32,000 nucleotides of DNA from Pasteurella multocida (GTDB lineage Bacteria > Pseudomonadota > Gammaproteobacteria > Enterobacterales > Pasteurellaceae). The notes below the pieces were generated by a model. It did no database searches. It was not told the DNA's origin and saw only the letters and a list, made by a program, of their open reading frames with translations. Positions 10,150 through 18,621 of the stretch are shown in pieces; the first letter of the stretch is position 1, and each line of letters begins with the position of its first letter. The translations under genes were made by a program, and so were the position numbers. The DNA lies in the NCBI RefSeq assembly GCF_900187275.1, contig NZ_LT906458.1, forward strand, positions 420,001-452,000, written 5' to 3'.

Positions 10150-10320
10150 TTTGCAGTGCAAAAAGTGCGGTTGTTTTTGTACAGATTTTTTGAAAAAGGC
10201 AAGGCGGGTAGATTGTTTTATAGCCAATATTGATTCAATTCATTTTTTCTACCAAATTCGCCTTGAAACTTGTGTATAATGCCCCATATTGAAAAAACAT
10301 CCAAGCAATAGAAGAAGTTT

Positions 10321-10950
10321 ATGGGAAAGAAAAAACGTTCAGCGAGTTCTTCTCGCTGGCTAAATGAGCATTTTAAAGATCCGTTTGTCCAGAAAGCACA
10401 TAAACAAAAATTGCGTTCACGTGCCTATTTTAAGTTAGATGAGATCCAACAAACTGATCGTTTATTCAAGCCCGGTATGACCGTGGTCGATTTAGGTGCA
10501 GCGCCGGGTGGCTGGTCACAATATGTCGTTAGCCAAATAGGTGGTGCGGGACGCATTATCGCCTGTGATATTTTGGAAATGGATCCGATTGTAGGCGTCG
10601 ATTTTTTACAAGGCGACTTTCGAGATGAAAAGGTGTTAGCAGCGTTATTAGCGCGTGTTGGTGAAGGTAAAGTGGACGTGGTGATGTCAGATATGGCGCC
10701 TAATTTTAGTGGTATGCCGTCGGTAGATATTCCGCGTGCGATGTATTTAGTTGAGCTGGCACTGGATATGTGTAAACAAGTGCTTGCGACAAAAGGCAGT
10801 TTTGTCGTAAAAGTTTTTCAGGGTGAAGGTTTTGATGAATACTTGAGAGAAATTCGTTCTCTCTTTAGTGTTGTAAAAGTGCGGAAACCTGAGGCTTCTC
10901 GAGGTCGTTCTCGTGAGGTGTATATTGTTGCAACCGGTTATAAAGGATAG
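10321..10950 (+). CDS. rlmE: 23S rRNA (U2552-2'-O)-methyltransferase RlmE (FtsJ/RrmJ)
   Basis: N-terminal [23 protein letters not shown], the SAM motif [11 protein letters not shown], and the position immediately upstream of ftsH as in E. coli. Confidence 0.93.
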
Positions 10951-11072
10951 GCTTACTTACGTTGAGTAAGTTTATTCGTTAATGACTATTGATGGGATAA
11001 TTTCCAATTTCATTACAGATATAGTAATCTTTAGCAACAAATTATTAACGTTAAACAAAAAGAGGTCAAACC

Positions 11073-13001
11073 TTGAACGATATGGTAAAAAATTTAGTCC
11101 TTTGGATTGTGGTAGCTGTGGTAATGATGACTGCATACCAAGGCTTTAATTCAAGTTCGTCAGGAAATACCACTGACTATACAACCTTCATTACAGATTT
11201 AGGTAACGATCAAATTCGTCAAGCCCGTTTTGATTACAATGAAATTTTTGTTACCAAAACCGATGGCAGCAAATATACGACAGTCATGCCGTTAAATGAC
11301 GATAAATTACTCAATGATTTGCTCAATAAGAAAGTTAAGGTAGAAGGAACCTTACCAGAAAAACGGGGTTTATTCTCACAAATCTTAATTTCTTGGTTCC
11401 CAATGCTTTTACTCATCGGGGTTTGGTTCTTCTTTATGCGTCAGATGCAAGGCGGTGGCAGTAAAGCTATGAGCTTTGGTAAAAGCCGTGCTCGAATGAT
11501 GACGCAAGAGCAAATTAAAACCACTTTTGCTGATGTTGCGGGTTGTGATGAAGCCAAAGAAGAAGTAGGCGAAATTGTTGATTTCTTACGTGATCCAGGT
11601 AAGTTCCAAAAACTTGGCGGTAAAATCCCTAAAGGGATTTTAATGGTAGGACCACCGGGCACGGGTAAAACCTTATTAGCTAAAGCGATCGCAGGTGAAG
11701 CTAAAGTACCTTTCTTTACTATTTCAGGTTCAGATTTCGTTGAAATGTTCGTGGGTGTCGGTGCGTCGCGTGTCCGTGATATGTTTGAACAAGCGAAGAA
11801 AAATGCACCTTGTTTGATCTTCATTGATGAGATTGATGCCGTTGGTCGCCAACGTGGTGCCGGTTTAGGTGGTGGACACGATGAACGTGAACAAACATTA
11901 AACCAAATGTTGGTGGAAATGGATGGCTTTGAAGGGAATGAAGGCGTTATCGTGATTGCGGCGACGAACCGTCCAGATGTCCTTGACCCAGCATTAACCC
12001 GTCCAGGACGTTTCGACCGTCAAGTAGTAGTAGGTTTACCTGATGTGCGTGGTCGTGAACAAATCTTAAAAGTACATATGCGTCGTGTTCCGATTGCACC
12101 AGACGTCGATGCGATGACACTTGCGCGTGGTACACCAGGTTATTCTGGTGCGGATTTGGCAAACTTAGTCAACGAAGCCGCGTTATTTGCAGCACGTACA
12201 AATAAACGTTTGGTCACTATGCTTGAGTTTGAAAAAGCGAAAGATAAAATCAATATGGGACCGGAGCGCCGTACTATGATCATGACGGAGAAGCAGAAAG
12301 AATCGACTGCTTATCATGAAGCGGGACACGCCATTGTCGGTTATATCGTGCCAGAACATGATCCCGTACATAAAGTCACGATTATTCCTCGTGGTCGTGC
12401 ATTGGGAGTGACCTTCTTCTTACCTGAGGGCGATCAAGTCAGTATCAGTCAAAAACAATTAGAAAGTAAACTTTCCACATTGTATGCAGGACGTCTGGCG
12501 GAAGATTTGATTTATGGTGAAGAGAATATTTCAACTGGAGCCTCAAACGATATTAAAGTGGCAACTAATATTGCCCGTAACATGGTAACCCAATGGGGAT
12601 TCTCAGAAAAATTAGGTCCAATTCTTTATTCAGAAGATGATGGTGAAGTATTCTTAGGACGTTCAATGGCAAAAGCAAAACATATGTCAGATGAAACCGC
12701 ACATCTTATCGATGAGGAAGTCCGTGCCATTGTGACACGTAACTATGAACGTGCAAGACAGATTCTGATTGATAATATGGATATTTTACATGCCATGAAA
12801 GATGCGTTAGTGAAATATGAAACCATTGAAGAAGAACAGATTGAGCAGCTGATGAAACGTCAACCTGTTACACCGCCATCGGGCTGGGACGAAAACGAAC
12901 CGACTACGCAAACTAAAGCGGGGACAAAAGTTTCTCCAGAACCGAAAGGTGCGGTAGAAACGGAACAAGATTCCGAACATCAATCGCCTTCGGATAAATA
13001 A
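11073..13001 (+). CDS. ftsH: ATP-dependent zinc metalloprotease FtsH
   Basis: Two TM helices, AAA Walker A GPPGTGKT, Walker [13 protein letters not shown], and the zinc site HEAGHAIV. The start is either TTG 11073 (AGAGG 6 nt upstream) or ATG 11082 ([11 protein letters not shown]). Confidence 0.95.
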   Translation: MNDMVKNLVLWIVVAVVMMTAYQGFNSSSSGNTTDYTTFITDLGNDQIRQARFDYNEIFVTKTDGSKYTTVMPLNDDKLLNDLLNKKVKVEGTLPEKRGLFSQILISWFPMLLLIGVWFFFMRQMQGGGSKAMSFGKSRARMMTQEQIKTTFADVAGCDEAKEEVGEIVDFLRDPGKFQKLGGKIPKGILMVGPPGTGKTLLAKAIAGEAKVPFFTISGSDFVEMFVGVGASRVRDMFEQAKKNAPCLIFIDEIDAVGRQRGAGLGGGHDEREQTLNQMLVEMDGFEGNEGVIVIAATNRPDVLDPALTRPGRFDRQVVVGLPDVRGREQILKVHMRRVPIAPDVDAMTLARGTPGYSGADLANLVNEAALFAARTNKRLVTMLEFEKAKDKINMGPERRTMIMTEKQKESTAYHEAGHAIVGYIVPEHDPVHKVTIIPRGRALGVTFFLPEGDQVSISQKQLESKLSTLYAGRLAEDLIYGEENISTGASNDIKVATNIARNMVTQWGFSEKLGPILYSEDDGEVFLGRSMAKAKHMSDETAHLIDEEVRAIVTRNYERARQILIDNMDILHAMKDALVKYETIEEEQIEQLMKRQPVTPPSGWDENEPTTQTKAGTKVSPEPKGAVETEQDSEHQSPSDK

Positions 13002-13008
13002 GCCTCTC

Positions 13009-13045
13009 AAAACCCTTTAATCGAATGTTAAAGGGTTTTTTATTT
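13009..13045 (+). terminator. Rho-independent terminator after ftsH
   Basis: AAAACCCTTTAA (13009-13020) pairs with TTAAAGGGTTTT (13028-13039) around a 7-nt loop, followed by a T-run. Confidence 0.8.
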
Positions 13046-13133
13046 CCCTCTTGACGCGTTTTAACAATAAGTTATTTTTTCTATGACAATCTTTCGCTAT
13101 AATTAGCCATACCTTTCATCGTGGTAATCATCA

Positions 13134-13961
13134 ATGAAATTATACGCAAACAATAAAGTATTAGACTTATCTACGCCCCAAATCATGGGGATTTTAAATT
13201 TCACACCGGATTCCTTTTCAGACAGTGGTCAATTCTTTGCATTAGACAAAGCCCTTTTTCATGTAGAGAGCATGTTAAATGCAGGGGCGGCGATCATCGA
13301 TATTGGTGGTGAGTCAACGCGCCCTATGGCAGAAGAAGTGACGCTTGAACAAGAATTAGCTCGTGTTATTCCTGTGGTTGAAGCGGTGCGCCAGAACTTT
13401 GATTGCTGGATTTCTGTGGACACGTCGAAAGCCGAAGTGATGAAAGAAGCCGCTCAAGTAGGAATGGATCTGATCAATGATATTCGTGCACTACGTGAGC
13501 CAAATGCATTACTCACTGCAGCGGAACTGGATTTACCAGTATGTATTATGCATATGCAAGGAGAGCCCCGTACTATGCAGCAGAATCCGTATTATGAGGA
13601 TGTCGTGGCTGAAGTTTTCGCCTTTTTACAAACGCGTTCTGTAGAATGTATAAGCGCGGGCATTCGGCAAGAAAATATTATTTGGGATATGGGTTTTGGC
13701 TTTGGTAAAAACGTTGTACATAACTATAAATTATTGCAAAACTTAGCGCACTTTTGTGCTGCAGGCTTTCCGGTATTAGCGGGCTTATCCCGAAAATCTA
13801 TGATTGGGAATGTGTTAGATAAAGCGGTAGAAGACCGTGTTGTTGGGAGTGTTGCTGGTGCGTTAATTGCAGTGATGCATGGTGCAGCAATTGTACGTGT
13901 GCATGATGTCGAACACACAGCGGATGCGCTCAAAATTTGGCAAGCAACAATGAATGCTTAA
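13134..13961 (+). CDS. folP: Dihydropteroate synthase
   Basis: Pterin-binding motifs GILNFTPDSFSDSG and DIGGESTRP, and VRVHDV near the C-terminus. ftsH-folP-glmM synteny is conserved. Confidence 0.93.
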   Translation: MKLYANNKVLDLSTPQIMGILNFTPDSFSDSGQFFALDKALFHVESMLNAGAAIIDIGGESTRPMAEEVTLEQELARVIPVVEAVRQNFDCWISVDTSKAEVMKEAAQVGMDLINDIRALREPNALLTAAELDLPVCIMHMQGEPRTMQQNPYYEDVVAEVFAFLQTRSVECISAGIRQENIIWDMGFGFGKNVVHNYKLLQNLAHFCAAGFPVLAGLSRKSMIGNVLDKAVEDRVVGSVAGALIAVMHGAAIVRVHDVEHTADALKIWQATMNA

Positions 13962-13980
13962 ATAAAGAAGGATGATAAAT

Positions 13981-15315
13981 ATGGCAGAACGTAAGTATTT
14001 TGGTACAGATGGTGTCCGTGGCAAAGTGGGAACATTCCCGATTACCCCTGATTTTGCTTTAAAATTGGGTTGGGCTGCCGGCAAAGTCTTGGCGACGCAA
14101 GGGTCAAGAACCGTATTAATTGGTAAAGATACACGTATTTCGGGGTATATGTTGGAATCGGCACTTGAAGCGGGTTTAGCGGCGGCAGGGCTTTCAGCAG
14201 CGTTCACCGGACCGATGCCAACGCCGGCTATTGCTTATTTAACACGCACATTTCGTGCAGAAGCGGGGATCGTCATCTCGGCATCGCACAACCCTTATTA
14301 TGATAATGGCATTAAGTTTTTTTCTGCCCAAGGGACAAAATTACCAGATGATGTAGAAGAAGCGATTGAAGCTATGCTGGATGAACCGATGGATTGTGTC
14401 GAATCTGCGGAGCTTGGTCGAGCAAGTCGGATTAATGATGCGGTAGGACGTTATATTGAGTTTTGTAAAGGAACGTTTCCCGCTCACCTGAGTTTAGAAA
14501 ACTATAAAATTGTTGTGGATTGTGCCCATGGTGCAACTTATCACATTGCACCGAATGTAATGCGTGAACTGGGCGCGGAAGTGATAGAAATCGGTGCTAA
14601 GCCAAATGGGCTGAATATCAATGAGAAATGTGGTGCCACCGATATCAAAGCACTGCAAGAGAAAGTGCTTGAAGTGAAAGCCGATGTGGGACTCGCCTAT
14701 GATGGTGATGGAGACCGTTTAATTATGGTTGACCATTTAGGCAATAAAGTCGATGGTGATCAAGTTTTATTTATTATTGCGCGTGAAGCTTTACGTGCAG
14801 GTCATTTAAAAGGTGGTGTGGTGGGCACCTTAATGAGTAATATGAGTCTTGAGCTTGCGTTAAAACAGTTAGGCATTCCGTTTGTTCGTGCCAATGTGGG
14901 TGACCGTTATGTGTTGGAGAAAATGCAAGAAAAAGGCTGGTTATTGGGTGGGGAAAACTCCGGGCATATTATTATTTTAGATAAAAACACCACTGGAGAT
15001 GGCATTATTGCTTCCTTAGCCGTATTAAGTGCGATGGTACAGCATAACTTATCTTTAAATGAGTTAGCCAGTGCGGTGCCACTGTTCCCACAAGTGTTAA
15101 TTAATGTGCGTTTTGCTGGGGGAGATAATCCACTCGAAAGCGCTGCGGTAAAAGTAGTTGCAGCAGAGGTTGAAAAACGTTTGGCAGGTAAAGGGCGTAT
15201 TTTATTACGTAAGTCGGGGACGGAACCTTTAATTCGAGTCATGGTAGAATGTGAAGATGGTGCATTAGCTCAACAATGTGCAGAACAGATTGCGGATGTT
15301 GTGCGAGCTAACTAA
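13981..15315 (+). CDS. glmM: Phosphoglucosamine mutase GlmM
   Basis: [14 protein letters not shown], the phosphoserine loop [11 protein letters not shown] and the Mg site DGDGDR. ATG 13981 is preferred (GAAGGA about 9 nt upstream) over the track start 13972. Confidence 0.93.
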   Translation: MAERKYFGTDGVRGKVGTFPITPDFALKLGWAAGKVLATQGSRTVLIGKDTRISGYMLESALEAGLAAAGLSAAFTGPMPTPAIAYLTRTFRAEAGIVISASHNPYYDNGIKFFSAQGTKLPDDVEEAIEAMLDEPMDCVESAELGRASRINDAVGRYIEFCKGTFPAHLSLENYKIVVDCAHGATYHIAPNVMRELGAEVIEIGAKPNGLNINEKCGATDIKALQEKVLEVKADVGLAYDGDGDRLIMVDHLGNKVDGDQVLFIIAREALRAGHLKGGVVGTLMSNMSLELALKQLGIPFVRANVGDRYVLEKMQEKGWLLGGENSGHIIILDKNTTGDGIIASLAVLSAMVQHNLSLNELASAVPLFPQVLINVRFAGGDNPLESAAVKVVAAEVEKRLAGKGRILLRKSGTEPLIRVMVECEDGALAQQCAEQIADVVRAN

Positions 15316-15328
15316 TGTTTTTTTGAGT

Positions 15329-15362
15329 AAGCTGAGTCGATAAGGCTCAGTTTATTTTTTTA
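15329..15362 (+). terminator. Probable rho-independent terminator after glmM
   Basis: AAGCTGAG pairs with CTCAGTTT (one G-U pair) around a 9-nt loop, followed by TTTATTTTTTTT. Confidence 0.55.
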
Positions 15363-15378
15363 ATATTGAGAGTCAATT

Positions 15379-15837
15379 ATGGATATTTTTGTTATGCGCC
15401 ATGGCGAAGCCGAAGTGATGGCGAAATCAGACAGAGAACGTCACTTAAATCGTCGTGGTATTCAGCAAGCAATTTCACAAGGTGAGTGGTTAAAATCGAC
15501 GATGACGGTAGATAAAGTGCTAGTTAGTTCTTATGCACGCGCTCAACAAACATTCGAACAGATTAACGGTGTCTATGCTAATCAATTAGCCGAGAAAGTA
15601 GAAACTTGGGATGGGATAACCCCTTACGGTAATTCACATACGGTAGTAGGGTATTTGGATGTTTTGGCGAAACAAGGTATCCAGTCTGTTTTGATTGTTT
15701 CACATCTGCCTTTAGTAGGAGAAATTGTGGTAACACTTTGTGGACGGAATTCTGTTAGCTTTTATCCTTCGACGATTGCGCATGTCCAATGGGATGGAAA
15801 AATAGGCAATATCGTGCAAGCAAAATATCCAGAGTAA
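15379..15837 (+). CDS. sixA: Phosphohistidine phosphatase SixA
   Basis: The RHG motif (IFVMRHGEA), VSSYARAQQT and VSHLPLVG align with E. coli SixA. The length is 152 aa. Confidence 0.85.
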   Translation: MDIFVMRHGEAEVMAKSDRERHLNRRGIQQAISQGEWLKSTMTVDKVLVSSYARAQQTFEQINGVYANQLAEKVETWDGITPYGNSHTVVGYLDVLAKQGIQSVLIVSHLPLVGEIVVTLCGRNSVSFYPSTIAHVQWDGKIGNIVQAKYPE

Positions 15838-16056
15838 ATAAACACGGAAGTAATTTGTGTTAAATTTCATCAAAATGAAAAGTTCAATCATTTACATTAA
15901 TTCACAAACGCCATCTGATGTAAAAGTATTTTTCGCTTATATTCAATAAGTTAGAATCATACTGTGGCGTTTTTTATGATCCCAAAACACATGATGTTTA
16001 GTAAATAATGTAAATAATCATTTCTTTTTCATGGAATTTAATACACACTATATTGA

Positions 16057-16075
16057 ACAAAGTATGATACTTTGT
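16057..16075. promoter_or_regulatory. Perfect 19-bp palindrome (candidate operator) upstream of the repeat lipoprotein gene
   Basis: ACAAAGTAT-G-ATACTTTGT has 9-bp perfect arms. It overlaps a TTGAAC -35-like hexamer (16053-16058) and ends 38 nt before the ATG at 16114. Confidence 0.4.
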
Positions 16076-16113
16076 CGGTATTGAGTTTAAAAACCTCGTA
16101 AAAGTTAGGAGAA

Positions 16114-16806
16114 ATGATGAAAAAATCAGTATTAGCCGCATTAGTATTAGGGGCGAGTTTAAGCGTCACAGGTTGTTTTGATAAAGAGAGCAAAGCTGGT
16201 CAAGAAGTGGAAAAAGCGAAAGCGAGTGTTGTTGAAACCAAAGAAGCTGTTGTTAATGCAGCAAATGAAGTGAAAAACTCTGCTGTTGAAGCAGCGAAAG
16301 AAGCAAAAGAAACGGTTGCCACGAAAGTAGAAGAAGTGAAAGAAACAACAGCAGCTAAAGTGGAAGAAGTGAAAGCCGCTACTGCCGCTAAAGTAGAAGA
16401 AATGAAAGAAACTACCGCGGCTAAAGTGGAAGAAATGAAAGAAGCCAGCGCAGCGAAAATGGAAGAAGTTAAAGCTGCTACGGCGACAAAGATGGAAGAA
16501 ATGAAAGCGGCAGTTGCTGACGCGAAAAACGATGTTGCAGAAAAAGCAGCGGAAGTAAAAGACGCTGCAGCAGCCAAAGCGGAAGAAGCCAAAGCTGCCG
16601 TTGCAGAGAAAAGTGCTGAAATGAAAGACGCTGCAGCAGCCAAAGTGGAAGACGCGAAAGTTGCTAGCTCAGAAGCCAAAGAAATGGTAACAGAAAAAGC
16701 GACAGAGATGAAAGATGCGATGAAAGCGGAAGTGAATAAAGCAGCGGATGCAGTGAGTGAAAAAACAGAAGAAGTAAAAGAAGTGATTGTGCCTAAAGCA
16801 CAATAA
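16114..16806 (+). CDS. Lipoprotein composed of LEA-like 11-residue amphipathic repeats
   Basis: Signal peptide with the lipobox SVTG|C. GGAG lies 6 nt upstream of the ATG. After Cys21 almost the whole protein follows an 11-residue period (AAKVEEVKAAT-type units). Composition is dominated by A, K, E and V. Confidence 0.85.
   Translation: MMKKSVLAALVLGASLSVTGCFDKESKAGQEVEKAKASVVETKEAVVNAANEVKNSAVEAAKEAKETVATKVEEVKETTAAKVEEVKAATAAKVEEMKETTAAKVEEMKEASAAKMEEVKAATATKMEEMKAAVADAKNDVAEKAAEVKDAAAAKAEEAKAAVAEKSAEMKDAAAAKVEDAKVASSEAKEMVTEKATEMKDAMKAEVNKAADAVSEKTEEVKEVIVPKAQ
16318..16515 (+). repeat. Six tandem 33-bp coding repeats (core of the 11-mer array)
   Basis: The units encode ATKVEEVKETT, AAKVEEVKAAT, AAKVEEMKETT, AAKVEEMKEAS, AAKMEEVKAAT and ATKMEEMKAAV. 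They differ mostly at synonymous positions (gta/gtg, gcc/gca/gcg/gct). Confidence 0.9.
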
Positions 16807-16817
16807 TGCATGGATAG

Positions 16818-16849
16818 AAATAGCGGAGGTATTCTCCGCTATTTTTTTT
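16818..16849. terminator. Terminator between the convergent lipoprotein gene and minC
   Basis: AAATAGCGGAG (16818-16828) pairs with CTCCGCTATTT (16834-16844) around a 5-nt loop. A T8 run follows on the plus strand. The A-run is shorter for the minus strand. Confidence 0.8.
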
Positions 16850-16854
16850 ATCCT

Positions 16855-17532
16855 TTAGGTTTCTTTTTCTAACAAGAAGTGAAAACGCAATTTGTCTTTG
16901 TCGGCAAAGATACGTACGGCTTCATGTTGGTATTCATGAGGCAAGTTGTCTTTATATAAAAAGCGACTACTCACAGCAATGAATTCCGCATCAAGATATT
17001 GGGTATAAATTGAACCCACATTGTTATTCACGCCAGCCATGGCACGTCCTAATAGCTTGCCATAAATATGTACATTACCGTCGGCAGCCACTTCAGCACC
17101 GGGTTCTACATTACCATGAATAATCAGATCGCTGTTTTTGGCATAAATCACTTGCTTGCTTGCAACATGTTGATGAATGATTTTGACGGGTAAACAGCGT
17201 GGTTCTGGCAAAATCTCGGTAAATTCACCGCTCTTACCCAACAAGGCTAAGCCTGATGTCATGATTAATTCTTTTTGCAGATGATTTGTCCAATCTGAAA
17301 CTCCAATAATATGAATATTAAATTCTTCACAGAGACTTTTTAGTGCTTGTAGATTGACTTTTTCAAGTTCAGGCGTGAATTGGAGAATGACAGCAATATG
17401 TTGAAAAATTGAAGGGGAGGATTTGATTTTTTTGCTTAAGGCACGTTTAATCACGCTGAGGCTAGAGCTATGAAGAGTAAGAAAAATTGATGAAAATTGC
17501 CCTGTACGAAACGCTACAATATCCTGTGCCAT
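16855..17532 (-). CDS. minC: Septum site-determining protein MinC homologue (no minD/minE adjacent)
   Basis: The C-terminal beta-helix region aligns without gaps to E. coli MinC ([39 protein letters not shown] against [39 protein letters not shown]). It is divergent from ycgL as in E. coli. ATG 17532 is preferred over TTG 17544. Confidence 0.8.
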   Translation of the reverse strand: MAQDIVAFRTGQFSSIFLTLHSSSLSVIKRALSKKIKSSPSIFQHIAVILQFTPELEKVNLQALKSLCEEFNIHIIGVSDWTNHLQKELIMTSGLALLGKSGEFTEILPEPRCLPVKIIHQHVASKQVIYAKNSDLIIHGNVEPGAEVAADGNVHIYGKLLGRAMAGVNNNVGSIYTQYLDAEFIAVSSRFLYKDNLPHEYQHEAVRIFADKDKLRFHFLLEKET

Positions 17533-17625
17533 AACTCTATCCAAATAAACAAATTACTTGTTTCAATCATAAAGAATTGTGCTAGGATCGGCAAATCTTT
17601 TTTGTTCGAATTGGAAGTTAAAGCA

Positions 17626-17877
17626 ATGTTATGTGCGATTTATAAAAGTACAAGAAAAATGGGGACATACCTTTATGTGGCAAAACGTGATCAATTTGAT
17701 GCGGTTCCCGAGGTATTAAGAAATGCTTTTGGTCCCCCTATTTTTGTGATGATGTTTAATCTCGCTGGCGAGAAAGCATTAGTTAATGCGGAGAAAGCCG
17801 AAGTCCGCAAACAAATTGAAACACAAGGTTTTTATTTACAGATGCCAAAAGAGGATGACTGGCTATTTAAGTTGTAG
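17626..17877 (+). CDS. ycgL: YcgL-family protein (UPF0745)
   Basis: [31 protein letters not shown]...QGFYLQMP matches E. coli YcgL ([29 protein letters not shown]...QGYYLQLP). The track ORF start 17497 is over-extended; ATG 17626 is the likely start. Confidence 0.8.
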   Translation: MLCAIYKSTRKMGTYLYVAKRDQFDAVPEVLRNAFGPPIFVMMFNLAGEKALVNAEKAEVRKQIETQGFYLQMPKEDDWLFKL

Positions 17878-18256
17878 CTTTACTTGGTGTAAAGCGTGCT
17901 TTGACAGGCATTCTTTCTAAAATACGCGCTCTATTGGCGGCTAAGGCATGCTCAGTAGGGATGTAGTCTAACCAGAGGTTATCGTCCTCTGGCAACTTGT
18001 CGGGCCAAATATATTGCACATTAAACCCCCGAGCTCGACATTCTTGATGCAATAAGTCATAACGTTTTTTGAGAAACTGGAGCTTGTTAAAGAAAAAGCG
18101 TACATGCCCTGTACCTAATTTATAATCTTCTGGCTGACCGAGGAGGCTAAATTTCCTTTTTGCCACAGCATTGGGAATACGTGTCAGTTCTCTGTGTTCT
18201 GCTAACAGATGTTGATCACAAAGTTCAGCGGGGGCGATGAGATTAATCCGTGTCAT
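17867..18256 (-). CDS. denV: Pyrimidine dimer DNA glycosylase / AP lyase, phage T4 endonuclease V (DenV) family
   Basis: The N-terminus [28 protein letters not shown] matches T4 DenV [27 protein letters not shown], and further on [16 protein letters not shown] matches GHVTFFYDKLEFLRKR. The length is 129 aa against about 138 aa. Confidence 0.88.
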   Translation of the reverse strand: MTRINLIAPAELCDQHLLAEHRELTRIPNAVAKRKFSLLGQPEDYKLGTGHVRFFFNKLQFLKKRYDLLHQECRARGFNVQYIWPDKLPEDDNLWLDYIPTEHALAANRARILERMPVKARFTPSKATT

Positions 18257-18279
18257 GAAAATCCAAGACTGTATTGTGA

Positions 18280-18302
18280 AAATGGCATCAATGATGCCAT
18301 TT
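18280..18302 (-). other. Stem-loop between the cytochrome c gene and denV (possible end of the iron-uptake operon)
   Basis: AAATGGCATC (18280-18289) pairs with GATGCCATTT (18293-18302) around a 3-nt loop. There is no clear U-run beyond the TTT inside the stem. Confidence 0.4.
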
Positions 18303-18315
18303 CTCTGTGGGTGGT

Positions 18316-18618
18316 TTATTTCAGTGTTTCGATAAATTTTGCCACACTCTGCATATCTTCTTCAGATAAGCGAGATTTCGCGGCATTTCCGGCACCGATA
18401 ATTTGTCCTTCTTTACGTGCTTTGAGGGCATTGACAATTTCATTTGCCGGTAAATCTTTTAATGGACGTGATTGGTTTAAAGCGGATTTTTCCGCTTGGT
18501 TACCATGACAAAAGGAACAGGGTTTAAAAAGTTGTTGACCGCGTTCAACGCTGACATTTGCTTGTGCGATTGGAGCAAGTGCCAGCAAAATCCATAAAGC
18601 AGAGTCGTATTTTTTCAT
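18316..18618 (-). CDS. Small periplasmic mono-haem c-type cytochrome (class I, c553-like)
   Basis: Signal peptide ending AQA|N. A single CSFCH haem-binding motif lies 14 residues into the mature protein. The C-terminal helix LSEEDMQSVAKFIETL is typical of class I cytochromes c. The start lies 3 nt after the upstream gene's stop. Confidence 0.8.
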   Translation of the reverse strand: MKKYDSALWILLALAPIAQANVSVERGQQLFKPCSFCHGNQAEKSALNQSRPLKDLPANEIVNALKARKEGQIIGAGNAAKSRLSEEDMQSVAKFIETLK

Positions 18619-18621
18619 TCG

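Noticed and set aside
10051-10227. An N-terminal extension of 59 codons on pstS in the ORF track (403-aa version)
   Set aside because: The extension runs through the Pho box and the -10 of the promoter. The internal ATG at 10050 has a strong AAAGGAG RBS and is followed directly by a canonical signal peptide.
11441-11824. Antisense or overlapping ORFs inside well-supported genes, such as 11441-11824 in ftsH, 13863-14207 across folP/glmM, 14907-15242 in glmM, 20022-20600 in the permease gene and 8275-8559 in pstC
   Set aside because: All lie opposite or out of frame to genes with clear family motifs. Their translations are low-complexity or Cys/Arg-rich, and they lack start signals.
15876-15950. 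A 24-codon ORF (MKSSIIYINSQTPSDVKVFFAYIQ) in the sixA/lipoprotein spacer
   Set aside because: It has no Shine-Dalgarno sequence and lies in AT-rich sequence where short ORFs arise by chance. Nothing supports it.
16200-16811. A 203-aa ORF antisense to the repeat-lipoprotein gene
   Set aside because: It is a mirror artefact of the GCN/GAA/AAA-rich repeat coding strand, giving a low-complexity A/S/F/T-rich translation. It has no start context or signal features. The sense-strand gene has an RBS, a lipobox and a terminator.
17867-18256. denV as evidence of a prophage or genomic island
   Set aside because: The window contains no integrase, phage structural or regulatory genes, and no flanking repeats. 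Both neighbours (ycgL-minC and the iron cluster) carry USS and look native.
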